From assembly GCF_009914755.1 (NCBI RefSeq), contig NC_060938.1: 64,000 bases of DNA; one strand, 5' to 3'. A model generated the notes under the pieces. The model saw nothing but the letters and a program-made list of their open reading frames with translations. It searched no databases and was not told the origin of the DNA. The DNA comes from the human T2T-CHM13v2.0 reference genome, Homo sapiens. Position 1 is the stretch's first letter, and the number at the start of each line of letters is the position of its first letter. Made by a program: the position numbers and the translations under genes. Shown in pieces: positions 52,063-64,000 of this stretch.

Positions 52063-53102
52063 AAAGGGATAAAGAAAGATCTCTGCTTAGTGTGGGTCCA
52101 GGAGAGGGGGTGGGTGGGGAAAGACTCACTGTTCTGAGGCTGTCTGAGATCGCCTGATTTAGCAATGTCCAGGACAGGACAACTGGCTGAGTCCATAGGA
52201 GAATTCAGAGTGAGAAAAAGAGGGTCTAAATCACCTAAAACGTGTATGAACTCACTCTGAACGAGCTTCCACTGTTTGTTGCATCACATGTAGGGACTAG
52301 GGACTTTTCAACCAGGAAAGATAGGAGAGAGAGCCTTCCTCCCTTCTGGGCAAGGCAGCCAGCTCTGTTCACCTTTTAGCTTTCAGGCAACACCAGAGAG
52401 TGGCTTCGTCAAATATTATACCATCAATTTCCAGAGAGATACTAGAAGCCAGCTACTGAAAGACTGAAAAGAATAAGCAGAGTTAGGTCCCTCATCTGAA
52501 TGAATGATGGTGGTTAGACACTTTCTCATGGACACCTTTTAGTCCCACCCTCAGTGTAGCTCTGGCCAGAGACCTGCAATCGTCTCCATGCTTAGATGCT
52601 GTCCACTGAAGGTTCCAAGTTGGAAAAAGGGAGATGGGAGAGAGTTCCCTATGAAGAGAGAGAGTTCACGTATGGGCCACCAAAATGTCTCGGGTGAGCG
52701 ATGACTATTTGGGCTGGTGGTGCAGGAGTAAAATAATTTACTGAGACAGTTGTAGGTAAAGAAAGACAGATTTATCAGAGAAAGTGGGAAAACACATTGT
52801 GAGGAGGCAATGGGCAGGTCAGCAGAAGAGAAGCTGACTTCCAGGAAACAAGGGTTTGATGGAGATTTTATAGCATAATGTTTATGTTGTCTGTTGAAGA
52901 GGGCTTTGTGCAGTATTGATAACACCAAGGTTGCAGTGAGCTAACTTGCAGGTGTTTGGTGATAGTTTGGCACAGGAAGATTGTGAGTTATTTGTGCAGG
53001 AGGGCTACGTGTCTTAGGCCATAAAGAAAGGCCGACTTATAGCTTATCTGCTTTCCCTTATTCCCACTAGCCTGACTCCTTTTCCCTAATTAGGACTCCA
53101 CA

Positions 53103-53762
53103 CTAACCATGGGAGGAGTGTAGGTTATAGTTTAACTTTGAAGCAATGATGATAATAGTCTTTCCTAAAACTAACCCTTGCAAACACCTTGCTCAGTGAC
53201 CAAAACTGCCTTTGTAAAACTAATAAAAGCCGATGAGATTAGGATTATGGCAGGGGCCCTAATTCTGCTAGTATGTAGGCATAGTTAGATGATAACCAGC
53301 CATTGTTCTGGAGGTCACAAACTTTGCAACTTTCCCAGTTGCTCCCATAGATAATATCACTATTGTAGTTTCTACAATAGTAATGGTAAGTTCTTTTGAG
53401 ATGTTTTTCTGATTTTTACATCCTGAGACTGACTGAGTCCACCTGGACCCTTGACTCATGACTCAATCAGTCCTATGGCACCTACCCACAGGCTGACTCA
53501 GCACACAGGACCATTTTCTACACCCCTATGTTTTCATCCCCAATGAATCGGCAGTACCTATTCCCTAGTCCCCTGCCTACCAAACTATCTTTGAAAAATG
53601 CTAGCCTCTGAGTCATTAGGTAGGCTGATTTGAGTAATAACCCCTGTCCTTCCACTAGGCTGGCTTGTGATAATTAAGTTCTTTTTCTATTGCAATACCA
53701 CAGTCTCAGTGAATTGGTTTTGTCTGTGCTGCAGGCAGGAAGAACCTTTTGGGCAATTATAC
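53103..53762 (+). mobile_element. LTR8-family LTR (LTR8A/B-like), 5' part missing
   Basis: 'ttatagtttaactttgaagca...ctgcctttgtaaaactaa...ggaggtcacaa...gcaggcaggaagaacc...gggcaattata'. Confidence 0.8.
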
Positions 53763-53764
53763 TC

Positions 53765-54030
53765 ACTGTACTTTAACCATATTGTTCTCTTTCTGTTTCT
53801 TCGATAGGCCAGGCTTGCTCCAGCATTAGGACAATTGCATTAGCTGTTCTCTCTTCTTGGGACACTTCTCCCTTAGATAAGTGCATGGTTTGCAACCTTA
53901 CCTCATTCAGATCTTTATTCAAATGTCACCTTTGTATTGACCCCTTTATAAAACTGCACCTCTCTACCATACTTTTTTTCCTGGCTTTATTTTTCTTCCT
54001 AGCACTTATCACTATCTAACATTCTATGTG
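53765..54030 (+). mobile_element. L2 fragment
   Basis: 'ttgcattagctgttc...ctcattcagatctttattcaaatgtcacct...tagcacttatcac'. Confidence 0.7.
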
Positions 54031-55614
54031 GGACCTCCATTTCAAGTCAATCTATCTACAAAGTTCATCACTGTCTAGTAGCCTTGAAAAAGGTTTTAAA
54101 TTTTAAAGCCCAATTAAATTCTACATTTCATTGCACCGCAAGTTATTGCGTGTTTCTAAAAATAAGACAAAAAGAAGGACCTTTGAGTCAAATCAAGATT
54201 TACAAGGGTATTGACTCTAAAATGTGAAATTAGCTGAGTGAGAAGCCCTCTTTCCTTGTTATGTGGTAGTCACAAAGATGACTGAACTTGTCCTTACTGC
54301 AGCTTAGCTATCTCAGACCAATGTCTATTAAAGCTGGAGCTTTAGGAAACTTGTTAGAAAAATATTAGGGTGTTAGAAAATATTGGCAGTTTCTTGTGAC
54401 CTTTAGTAAGGTCTTACCAAAAAACAAGCCAAAAGGATAAGATTTGAACTGAGCTGACCTGGCTGAAAGTAGAAAGGGAATAACATACAACTTTGTTAAT
54501 AATTATCCCTCTGCCTATGGGTGAGATTGCTGAGGCTCGGTTAACTATGCTTCTTATAGAATTGCCAAAACCAAAATTTCTGCCCTGTTTTAAAATTAGC
54601 ATAAAAGGCAAGGAGGTGGGAAACACAGCAGGGAGATAAAATTGGGATACCTGAGAGGCCAGAGAAATGAAGGAAGCTGGAGTCCCTGGGCTCTTCCCAC
54701 ATACCTCCTTTCTCAAACTATCTGATTCAAGGAATCTTTCTTCCTATTTGTTAGGGTTAGCCAATGGGCTGCAGGCTGGTCACAGGTGCACATCATTCTG
54801 CCTCACCTAGTGTTTCACCAGAGGTTTATTGCCTTCACCTTATTACTTTCCAAGAAGGAAATGATTAAATTTAGGCCTAGGGCTACAGGCAAAGTTCTGA
54901 GGCTGTAGAGACAAGACAGAGTACAGGTCTGTGAACCCAAAGGTTCTAATGCCTATTAGAGTTTTATTGGAGTTGGTTATCAGTGAAATTCCAAGCCTAA
55001 ACAAAATGGTAACTTATGTTTCCTCAGCCTCGAGGGCAGTCATAGGCCCCCACCTCTCATAAACTATGTCAGCAGGAAGTGGGCTGCTAGAGAGGTTCAG
55101 TCTCCAGAACAGATTTCTATTTTATGATGTTTTCTATACCCTTCTTAGCATGGCCATGGATAAAAGAGGTCTCCCAGTGGGACTGCAGGCAGGCATATTG
55201 GCTGACTAGTAAATTCATTCCTTTGCCGAGACAAGAACTCCATGCTATCCCTGCCCAGAAATAAGTACTTTCGGTGGATGGCTGCTGTTTGTTTCCTTTT
55301 CCAGATGATAGTATGTTTTAATTTAAAAATTTTATATTTCCTTTCACCATTTTATATCTGCTGGGGTGGTAAAATGTATCAGTTAATCATAGGTGCATAG
55401 CCATGAGGAGAAAGATTTGAAATGAAGAGGAATGCCCATATTTCAAGGATCTAGAGTTGGAGCTGGATGCAATAATAACATTACATTTGGTCATTTCTCT
55501 TTCAGAATTAGGATATTTTCATTTATAAATGGGATAGTTGCATTGCACTAGGTGGGGACATTTGTGATACTATATGTATGAGAAGAAAGAATGCTAAACA
55601 TCCAAAGGGTAGAA

Positions 55615-56200
55615 TATAGTGGATATATATTGTTCCTCTATCCAGAATCTCTTCTTTGGGGGAAACATCCTTTCCCTACTCCGTGTGCACCTGGGTATCA
55701 GCAAAAGTGTCTGCCCTATGTCTTGGTTGCACACCTGCTAGAGACTATGCAATCAGCATTCTCCATTCACCTGGCCACAGGGTTGGTTTGGGGATCGGTG
55801 CATGACTTAAGATGGGCCAGTTAGAATTGTCGCTGAACTCTTGTGATAAAGCTAAGATTTTTCTCATTCCGATTTATGATTCTGAGAGTATTTGAAATTT
55901 GGTAACTAACTATGGTGGTCTTGGAAGAAGTCCATCTGAATAAGGAGGGAATAAGGCAGAGGTTTAAAATTAAATTCAGAATTAAAAGATGAAGCGGAGG
56001 ATAAAAAAGGGGATAGTTGGAGAGATAGAGATCCAAACCATTTTCTGAAAACTATTTCTGAGTGTCCCTGGGTCTATTAATAGCTGTGACAGAAGCCAGC
56101 TCTACCTGTATACTTTCCATTTATACTATACAATAAATTTCTTTTTTGTTAAATGAGTTCAAGTTGGGTTTCTAATACTTGCAACAGAAAGGGTCCTGAT
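55615..56200 (+). mobile_element. Old MLT1 (MLT1K/L-like) LTR
   Basis: 'cctggccacagggttggtt...gcatgac...caataaatt...agttgggtttct...acttgcaacagaaagggtcctga'. Confidence 0.6.
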
Positions 56201-56219
56201 TTAGGCAGTAGCTACCACT

Positions 56220-57595
56220 CAATCTTCCATATACTGCAAAGCAGCCTGGCTCTTGTCCTCACCACTCCTCTGCAACTGCTCTTGTACCATTGACTTTCTG
56301 GTTTCTAAAGCTGATGAATCTTTTTCTGTATTTACCTTCCTAGATCTTTCTACTGAGTTTGATGCTGTTTATAACTCTTTTTCTTGAAATTTTCCTCCAT
56401 TGATTTTTGAGAGATGCTGTTCTTTTTGGTTGTTGTTGTTCCTACTAAAAAAATTTTTTTTATCTTCCAGGCCAGTGCTTATCTCTAGAATGATTTGCTT
56501 CCAAGTGTTATGTTCTAGACTTTCTCATTGTTTCAGTATACAACTTCTCCCTGGGCAACTTTGTTCATTTCTGGAGCTTCTATTGCTATCTATACACTGA
56601 GTACTTCAACACTTTTATCTTTAGACTGGAGTCTCCTGATTTAAAGTCTACTGCCTTCTGGATGTATCTGCTCAGATGTCCTTCAGCCATCTCAAAATCA
56701 TCATCTCTCAAATCTAACTTTACTGTTTATCCACCCAATTATACTCTTCTTCTAATGTTCCCAATCACAGTGACTGGTACCACATGTAAGCATTTGCTTT
56801 TGTAAAAAATCTGAGTATGATTGCTGACTCCTCTTTTTCACCCTGTCATCATATCTGTGGATTATGTTTCACAGATATTTCTCAGATCCATAGCTACATA
56901 TCCATATCTCACTCACCAGGGCTACAGAGGCCACGCATTTCACAGCTCCAGGAGCACCAATCTCTAGGTCTCAAAATGAGTGAAATCTTGATGGCCAACG
57001 GATCTGATTTAGGTTCTCTTAATTTCTCACATAGGTTACTGCTGCAGCTTCCTAATGTTTTCTTCACATCCAGGCTCTCATTTCTCTTCAATCCTTTCTC
57101 CAAATGTGGCAAAAGATTTCTCCTAAATGCAAATGAGAGCATATCACATTTGTCCTACAAATTCCATTGCTTGCCCTACCTTTCCGCCTTAATCTCTTAC
57201 CACTTCAAATATCTTTTTATACTTTTGCCTTACCAAATATTTGGAGTCCTCAAATGTGCCATGCTTTCTCCTACCAGATATATTTGCATCTATGCCCCTG
57301 TGCTTTGAAAATACATCTTTATTTATCTTGCTAACTCTTATTTATCTTTCTAGATGCAGCCCAGGATTAATTCTCCAGCCCACTCCAGTTTGGGTTGGCA
57401 GCCTTTCCTATGTCTTATATTCACACTTTACATTTACCTCTATTATAGCACATACACATCATGTTGAAATATGTTTTTACTTATCAGTCTTGTTCATTAG
57501 ATGGAAGTTTCTTAGGGGAAGAGACCTTGAGTTATTTTTCTGTGTATTCCCAGAGCCTGGCAAATCACCTAGTGCATATTAAGTGCTCAATAGTC
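56220..57595 (+). mobile_element. L2 RT region to 3' end
   Basis: Decayed 'caccactcctctgcaactgctctt...cctagatctttctactgagtttgatgctgtt' (HHS..TAL...LDLS..FD.V), ending 'aagtgctcaata'. Confidence 0.7.
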
Positions 57596-57795
57596 TTAAG
57601 AAACTCGGAAGAAGAAAAACAGTTTTTGGTATCTGTCCACTGCCTGCCAGCATTCCAGTCCCATCTGTCTGGAAGGTGGAAGGGAGGGGAAGATGTTCCT
57701 TAGAAATTGCTATTCATTCACTCAACATTTATCAAGTACCCTCCATTGTCAGTTATCATGCTAGGCACTTTCACACCGTCAGATCGTTTAGTTGA

Positions 57796-58169
<374 letters not shown>

Positions 58170-58278
58170 CTACAGCAGCATTATTGAAGCTAAGGCTACC
58201 AGAGTTTTAAGTTCAACAACTTAACAATTTAGCCAATTTTTGTTGACTTAAATAAGCCATCTATTGCCAGTGTTCGAT

Positions 58279-58302
58279 GTGCTCTCTTTGGCAGCACACA
58301 TA
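58279..58302 (+). pseudogene. U6 snRNA 5' fragment (tailless retropseudogene)
   Basis: GTGCTCTCTTTGGCAGCACACATA is 21/24 to U6 nt 1-24 (GTGCTCGCTTCGGCAGCACATATA). Flanked by a 17-bp imperfect direct repeat, tattgccagtgttcgat and tattgccagggtttcat. Confidence 0.75.
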
Positions 58303-58365
58303 TTGCCAGGGTTTCATATGTTCTCCACTCAGCTTTAAAGACATTTTTAAAAAATGAAACTTCCA

Positions 58366-59165
58366 CGTTTATGCAGCCAAAAGACACATGAAAAAATGTT
58401 CATCATCACTGGCCATCAGAGAAATGCAAATCAAAACCACAATGAGATACCATCTCACACCAGTTAGAATGGCGACCATTAAAAAGTCAGGAAACAACAG
58501 GTGCTGGAGAGGATGTGGAGAAATAGGGACACTTTTACACTGTTGGTGGGACTGTAAACTAGTTCATCCATTGTGGAAGTCAGTGTGGCGATTCCTCAGG
58601 GATCTAGAACTAGAAATACCATTTGACCCAGCCATCCCATTACTGGGTATATACCCAGAGGATTATAAATCATGCTGCTATAAAGACACATGCACATGTA
58701 TGTTTATTGCGGCACTATTCACAATAGCAAAGACTTGGAACCAACCCAAATGTCCAACAATGATAGACTGGATTAAGAAAATGTGGCACATATACACCAT
58801 GGAATACTATGCAGCCATAAAAAATGATGAGTTCATGTCCTTCATAGGGACATGGATGAAGCTGGAAACCATCATTCTCAGCAAACCATCGCAAGGACAA
58901 AAAACCAAACACCGCATGTTCTCACTCATAGGTGGGAATTGAACAATGAGAACACAAGGACACAGGAAGGGGAACATCACGTACTGGGGCCTGCTGGGGG
59001 ATGGGGGGAGGGGAGAGAGATAGCATTGGGAGATATACCTAATGTTAAATGACGAGTTAATGGGTGCAGCACACCAACATGGCACATGTATACATATGTA
59101 ACAAACCTGCACATTGTGCACATGTACCCTAAAACTTAAAGTATAATAATAATAATAATAAAAAT
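58366..59165 (+). mobile_element. L1PA (about PA3-5) 3' 800 bp
   Basis: Open ORF2 C-terminus 58388-58942 with the [18 protein letters not shown] motif, then 3'UTR and (AAT)n tail. Confidence 0.95.
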
Positions 59166-59789
59166 TCCTGTTCAAGATGGCAGACTCAGCCCACATTTTG
59201 TCTCCACTCATTTTTGAGATATCATTGAAATAATATTACATGAGTATAAAAAACACCCACATAGCAGTGAAGTAAATAGAATTAGATGGAGGTCATTAGT
59301 TGCTTAGAGATTGTGTCAGTTATTAAATCTATTGTCTTTCTGCTGCAAACACACCCTTTGTGCCCCTGCTTGTGGAACTAAAACATTGCCTCCGTGCAGC
59401 ACAGCACGCCATGCACAGCTCCTCCTGGGGCTCCAAAAGCAGTTTCCCAGTGAGTTCCAACGGTGTGGCACCTCTGTGTGCATGGCTCCCCCCAGTATTT
59501 CCTTGATGGCTTTGTAGTGAGTTCCTAGGCACAGGACCTTCCTGAGATGCTTCTCCTGATACCCCAGAAGGTGGCTTTCTAGTCACTCTTCCTAGCACCA
59601 TACCTCAATGAGCTTATCCACCACCTAGTGAGTCATGAGCCATGCAATGCTCTCTCCAACAATATCTGAATCAAAGCCCTGGGTGCAGGGGAACTTCAGA
59701 TTTGCTCCTTCCTCAGGGGCTCTGTTTCAGCCTGGAGAAATGGTTGCACCCTATGTCTTCTATTCCTGTTTTGGTAAGAGTTCTGTGGA

Positions 59790-60660
59790 AAAATTCAAAG
59801 AGACTCCCTTTATTAAGGGTTTGAGATATACATTAGTGCAGAGACCGGAATCCTTGCAAATCTCTGTAGTGGTTTTATTTGTTGGCCAGATATGACTGTA
59901 GAAAGTGTTACTCACTATTGAGATGGCCTCCCTGATTTCAGTGGGAATAATGGGTTTTTAGAATAGCAGAGGACTGGTGGTATCACTTAACCTTCAAAAA
60001 CAAAGTAGTACTTCTGTTGTAAAGAGCAACAAGGACATGCTGATTGTTAGAATGCCTCGGCTCACAGAGATATTTGGCGGAGGCAATTGATCACTGTGTT
60101 TGTAGAAAAAAGATAGATGGTCATCCTACTAAATTATTGTTTGACCTATATAATAGGAAATACTCTAGATACAGTAGTCAGAAACCTGACTTGAGTCACC
60201 ACAGTGGAGAGTCATGATCTCTTACTCAGTTTCCAAATCTAAGTTAAGTCATGGATACAGAACCTCTTGATTAAAGGGGAGGCTGAGTCCTTTTGAAGAA
60301 TAACCCTATATCATTTCCACAAATACATACCATAAATCTTCCTCCAAGCCTTCACCAAATGTACTGTGATAATTTACTAGGTAACTGTTCATTAGAGGAA
60401 GAAAATACCCAGACCTTGCTGGGGTTGGTAGACACTGACTCTGAATTGGCATTGACTCTTGGGGACCCAAAGCACCTCTTTGGTCTACTATTAAAGTAGG
60501 GGCTTACAATGGTCAGGGGACCAGCGGAGTCTGAGCTCAAGTGGGCCTAGTCATTCCATAGACTCACCCTGTTGTTATTTCCCCAATTCCTAAATGTCTA
60601 ATTATAATAGGCATAATTAGCAGCTTGAGGAATCTCCACATTTGTTCTCTGACCTGTGTG
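59790..60660 (+). mobile_element. ERVL internal fragment (gag end and protease)
   Basis: ETPFIKGLRYTLV...PESLQISVV (ERVL gag) and NTQTLLGLVDTDSELALTLGDPKH (ERVL protease LLDTGSEL..GDPK motif). Confidence 0.75.
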
Positions 60661-60854
60661 GTTATATATATATCATATATGATATATATATGATAAAACC
60701 CATCAGATTTATAGATCTAAATATAGAAAAAATGGAAATTTAGAATATTATTTAGGTATAATCTTGAAGTGGATGAAATATTTTGAAACATGGCATGAAA
60801 CCCAGAGCTCATCAATGAAAAAGATAAATATATCTGGGTATATAGCAATTTAAC

Positions 60855-61158
60855 TTTTTTTTTTTTTTTTTTTGAGATGGAATCTTGCTTTGTTGCCCAG
60901 GCTAGAGTGCAGTGGTACAGTCTTGGCTCACTGGAACCTCTGCCTCCTGGGTTCAAGCAATTCTCTGCCTCAGCCTCCCGAGTATCTGGGATTACAGGCA
61001 CCTGCCACTACACCCAGATAATTTTTTTTTTTTGTATTTTTAGTAGATATGGGGTTTTACCTTCTTGGCCAGGCTGGTCTTGAACTCCTGACCTCATGAT
61101 CCACCTGCCTCGGCCTCCCAAAGTGCTGGGATTCAGGCGTAAGCCACCGGGCCCAGCC
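60855..61158 (-). mobile_element. AluS inserted in an old L1M
   Basis: Full antisense dimer. TSD aatttaac at 60847-60854 and 61159-61166. Confidence 0.95.
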
Positions 61159-61888
61159 AATTTAACATTTTTTTATATGGCAAAAGATACCGTAAACAAA
61201 GTCATAGACAGATAGTAGACTTAGAACAAATATGTGCAAACATGTAATTTATAATATGCAAAGGTTTCCTATAAATTGATTCCCAAAAAACCCTCAAATA
61301 GCTCAATAAAATAATGGATAAAAATGTGAAGAGAAAATTTACACAAGAATATAATCAAACGATCCATAAACATGAAAAGATATCTCACCCCACTAGTAAC
61401 AAAAACTCAAATTAAAGGAAATATGCAATAACATTATTAGTATACCTCATGATCTTCACCTAAATTAAAAGCAATCTAAATTCCTTCTCCTAAATTAAAA
61501 GGAATCTAAAACTAACAGCCTGATTTTTACCTTTTGACATCTTTCTCTATGTGTAAAAATATGTGTAAAATGTGATTAGAAATGTAGAGAATTTTGTTTG
61601 TTTTTCTAAAACTGGTATATATCTCTGTAACTTGTTTTTCTCATGTGATAAAATATAAGGAACATTCATTCAAGTAAATAATAGATGTGGTTTTTTAAAA
61701 AGCTGCATCATAATAATAATCCATTGAATGGATATGCCATAATTTACCTAACCATTAATCCATTTATTGGACAGAGAAAATAGTAGGAAGTATACAAAAG
61801 ACTAAGACTTAGATTGACATCAAACCCCTTGTCAGCAATAGTAATGTTAGAAGACAATGGAGCAATGCCATGAAAGAGGGATATTTTC

Positions 61889-62079
61889 TTTTTTTCTTCT
61901 TTTATTTTTATTATACTTTAAGTTCTAGGGTACATGTGCACAACGTGCAGGTTTGTTACATATGCATACATATGCCATGTTGGTGTGCTGCACCCACTAC
62001 CTCGTCATTTACATCAGGTAGATCTCCTAATGCTATCCCTCCCCCCTTCCCCAACCCCATGACAGGCCCCAGTGTGTGA
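61889..62079 (-). mobile_element. L1PA 3'UTR stub (about 190 bp)
   Basis: 'tattatactttaagttctagggtacatgtgcac...ggccccagtgtgtga'. TSD ggatattttc at 61879-61888 and 62080-62089. Confidence 0.92.
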
Positions 62080-64000
62080 GGATATTTTCAACTGATAAAA
62101 GTTTACAATTCCTGTAGAAGATACAACAGTCATGAACTTTTATGTTTCAAATAAAAAGGCAGCCTGATGGCTTTTGTCAGGCCACATAACCCAACATGGC
62201 TGGAATGGGCTTGCTTACCTCTTTGAATTTCTATCCACACCAATCCCCACATAAGCGAAATTCAAATACACAGTGTGACAGGGTGACCAATAGTGAATGA
62301 AATGAGCCTTATACATTGCTATTAGGAGAATAAAGGGGTACAGACTTTCTGAAAACCAGTCTGACAGCTGCACTGAAAACCAGTTTTACAGCTGCACTGA
62401 GACTTTAAAATATTTATATCTATCATTCATTAATTCTACTTACCTGAAGCTTTATCAGTAAGGATGAGCACGGCATTACATATAATAAGGAAAAACTGAA
62501 AACAGCGTAAACACTCAACAACAGTGAAACTGTTAAATTAATTATGGACCATTATTAGGTGGCATATACATCTTTTAGAAATAGTATTTTTAAAGACTAT
62601 ACAACGCCAGGAGGAATTGCTCAGGATTAAGGATTTTAAAAGTCCCAAACAAAAACCCCAAGAAAACATGGATTTAAACACTGCATTGTAAAATATTTTG
62701 TAGCCTGGAAGTTTGCTTCTGGAAGTTACTGTAAAATCTCATTAGACTTTTAGTTAGAAAGAGAAAAAAATCATCACAGAACATAGACTCAACTGCAAAC
62801 TTGTAAAACTAGACATTCAAGGAGAAGACAGTGGAAAAGTTTATTGCATATGAAGGGGCATTAGTGCTTTGGCAGAGAATAAGAGAGTCCCTTGCACTTA
62901 ATGCACAATTTGTTTTGTTAGCTAGAATTGAATAACAATATTCTGGGTGTGTTGGTATACCACTGAGAATAAGCATAGTCACTGTCCTGAAGAAATTTAA
63001 CATGCCATGTCAGAATACAGATAAGTACGTTATCAACTGAAACAGGTAATTATGGTCATTACAAAAGTGCATTAAGTGAAAAGGAGAATCATGGTTGTGT
63101 TGGTGGCTTGGACATCAAATGATTACTCTTGACATGGGGCTCACATTTAAAATCTCCCCATGGTGACCCATTATCCTGTCCTAACTTTGCCTCCCTTCCC
63201 TTCTGGGGCATTCCCACTATCACACACGGTACATGATAGTGAGAAACATCATATCAATATCATATGATACATGATAGTGGATTATACAATCCTCTGACTC
63301 CCATTTCTTCTTCCTTTCCCACTTTCACCCTAAGGCAAGCAAGAGCTCTTTGCAGGATGGAGCCACTATAGACAGATTCTGAGGGGCTGACCTATACTGG
63401 GGTGTGGCATGTGTCCACACGCATGGGCCTGAACTCAAGGGGAGTATTCTGGAGGAAGAGAAAGAGGAAAAAGAGAGAAGAAGGGGTGGAGCTTGAACCT
63501 AATGTTTAAGTATTTGTGCACAAGGGAGACAGCACCTGGGAATCCATGGATGGAGCTGACACCATTACAAAGCAACACTTCCATAAATCAGAGGCAAAGG
63601 CAATTGGGTTCTGTCCTCAGGTAAGGTAAGGTTCTGTCCTCTCCAGAGAGGCATCTTGTCTCCTAGGAATACTGGGTGGAAATGTCCCCTCAGGGCTGGG
63701 ACTATGAAGACAGGCTGCTTCCTTTGTTGAGTTTACTCCCTGCACTACAGGATGCCAGAATGGAGCTGGGCGAGCGCTTGCCCTGCTCACCACCAGGAGT
63801 GACCAGATTGTGGCCAGGAAAGGGCTCATGGACTAGTCTGCAGTAGTTGTACGCCTCTGTGTGTGAAGTACACATGCTTCTCCAAGTTCTGACCCTGCCT
63901 TGTTACCCTTTGGCTATGAGGTTCTTATTAGAAGAAATACTTTCTTTTAAAACAAACTTTTTTTCCCTGAGGATAAAAAACCAAATCTCTATTGGGCTGC

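Noticed and set aside
58388-58942. 184-aa ORF, the longest ATG-initiated ORF in the window
   Set aside because: It is the C-terminus of L1 ORF2p in a 5'-truncated L1PA copy with no promoter, not a host gene.
63230-63279. 12-bp direct repeat around a 26-bp AT-rich insert, and similar small duplications at about 30113, 61459 and 62350
   Set aside because: Ordinary short tandem duplications with no sign of function.
63768-63783. Near-palindrome GGGCGAGCGCTTGCCC as a p53 site
   Set aside because: It does not fit two RRRCWWGYYY half-sites.

Overview
This is primate genomic DNA, almost certainly human: it carries a near-consensus AluYa5. It is intergenic or intronic and I can support no host protein-coding exon. 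Most of the window is transposable-element sequence: 14 Alu copies or fragments, L1PA and old L1M pieces, L2, MIR, many MaLR/ERVL LTRs, MER20, and a rare Hsmar1 mariner remnant. The central feature is a 6.4-kb deleted ERV3/HERV-R-like (HERV3 group) provirus at 37164-43580 (+). It has two LTRs, an Arg primer-binding site, decayed gag, a largely deleted pro-pol, and an env closely related to ERV3-1 Env. It retains a TATA box, splice donor, env splice acceptor, a 117-aa signal-peptide ORF and a 3' poly(A) signal, so it is the best candidate for a hidden transcription unit, although this is unproven. Other notable items are a probable L1-patched deletion scar at about 49 kb, a tailless U6 micro-retrocopy, an L1 inserted inside an L1, three template-switch hairpins, a 64-bp triplication across an LTR junction, and an RFX/CCAAT motif cluster in unique sequence near 5 kb. 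Subfamily names come from recall of consensus sequences, not a database search, and boundaries of old repeats are approximate. I found no evidence for a wholly new biological system.
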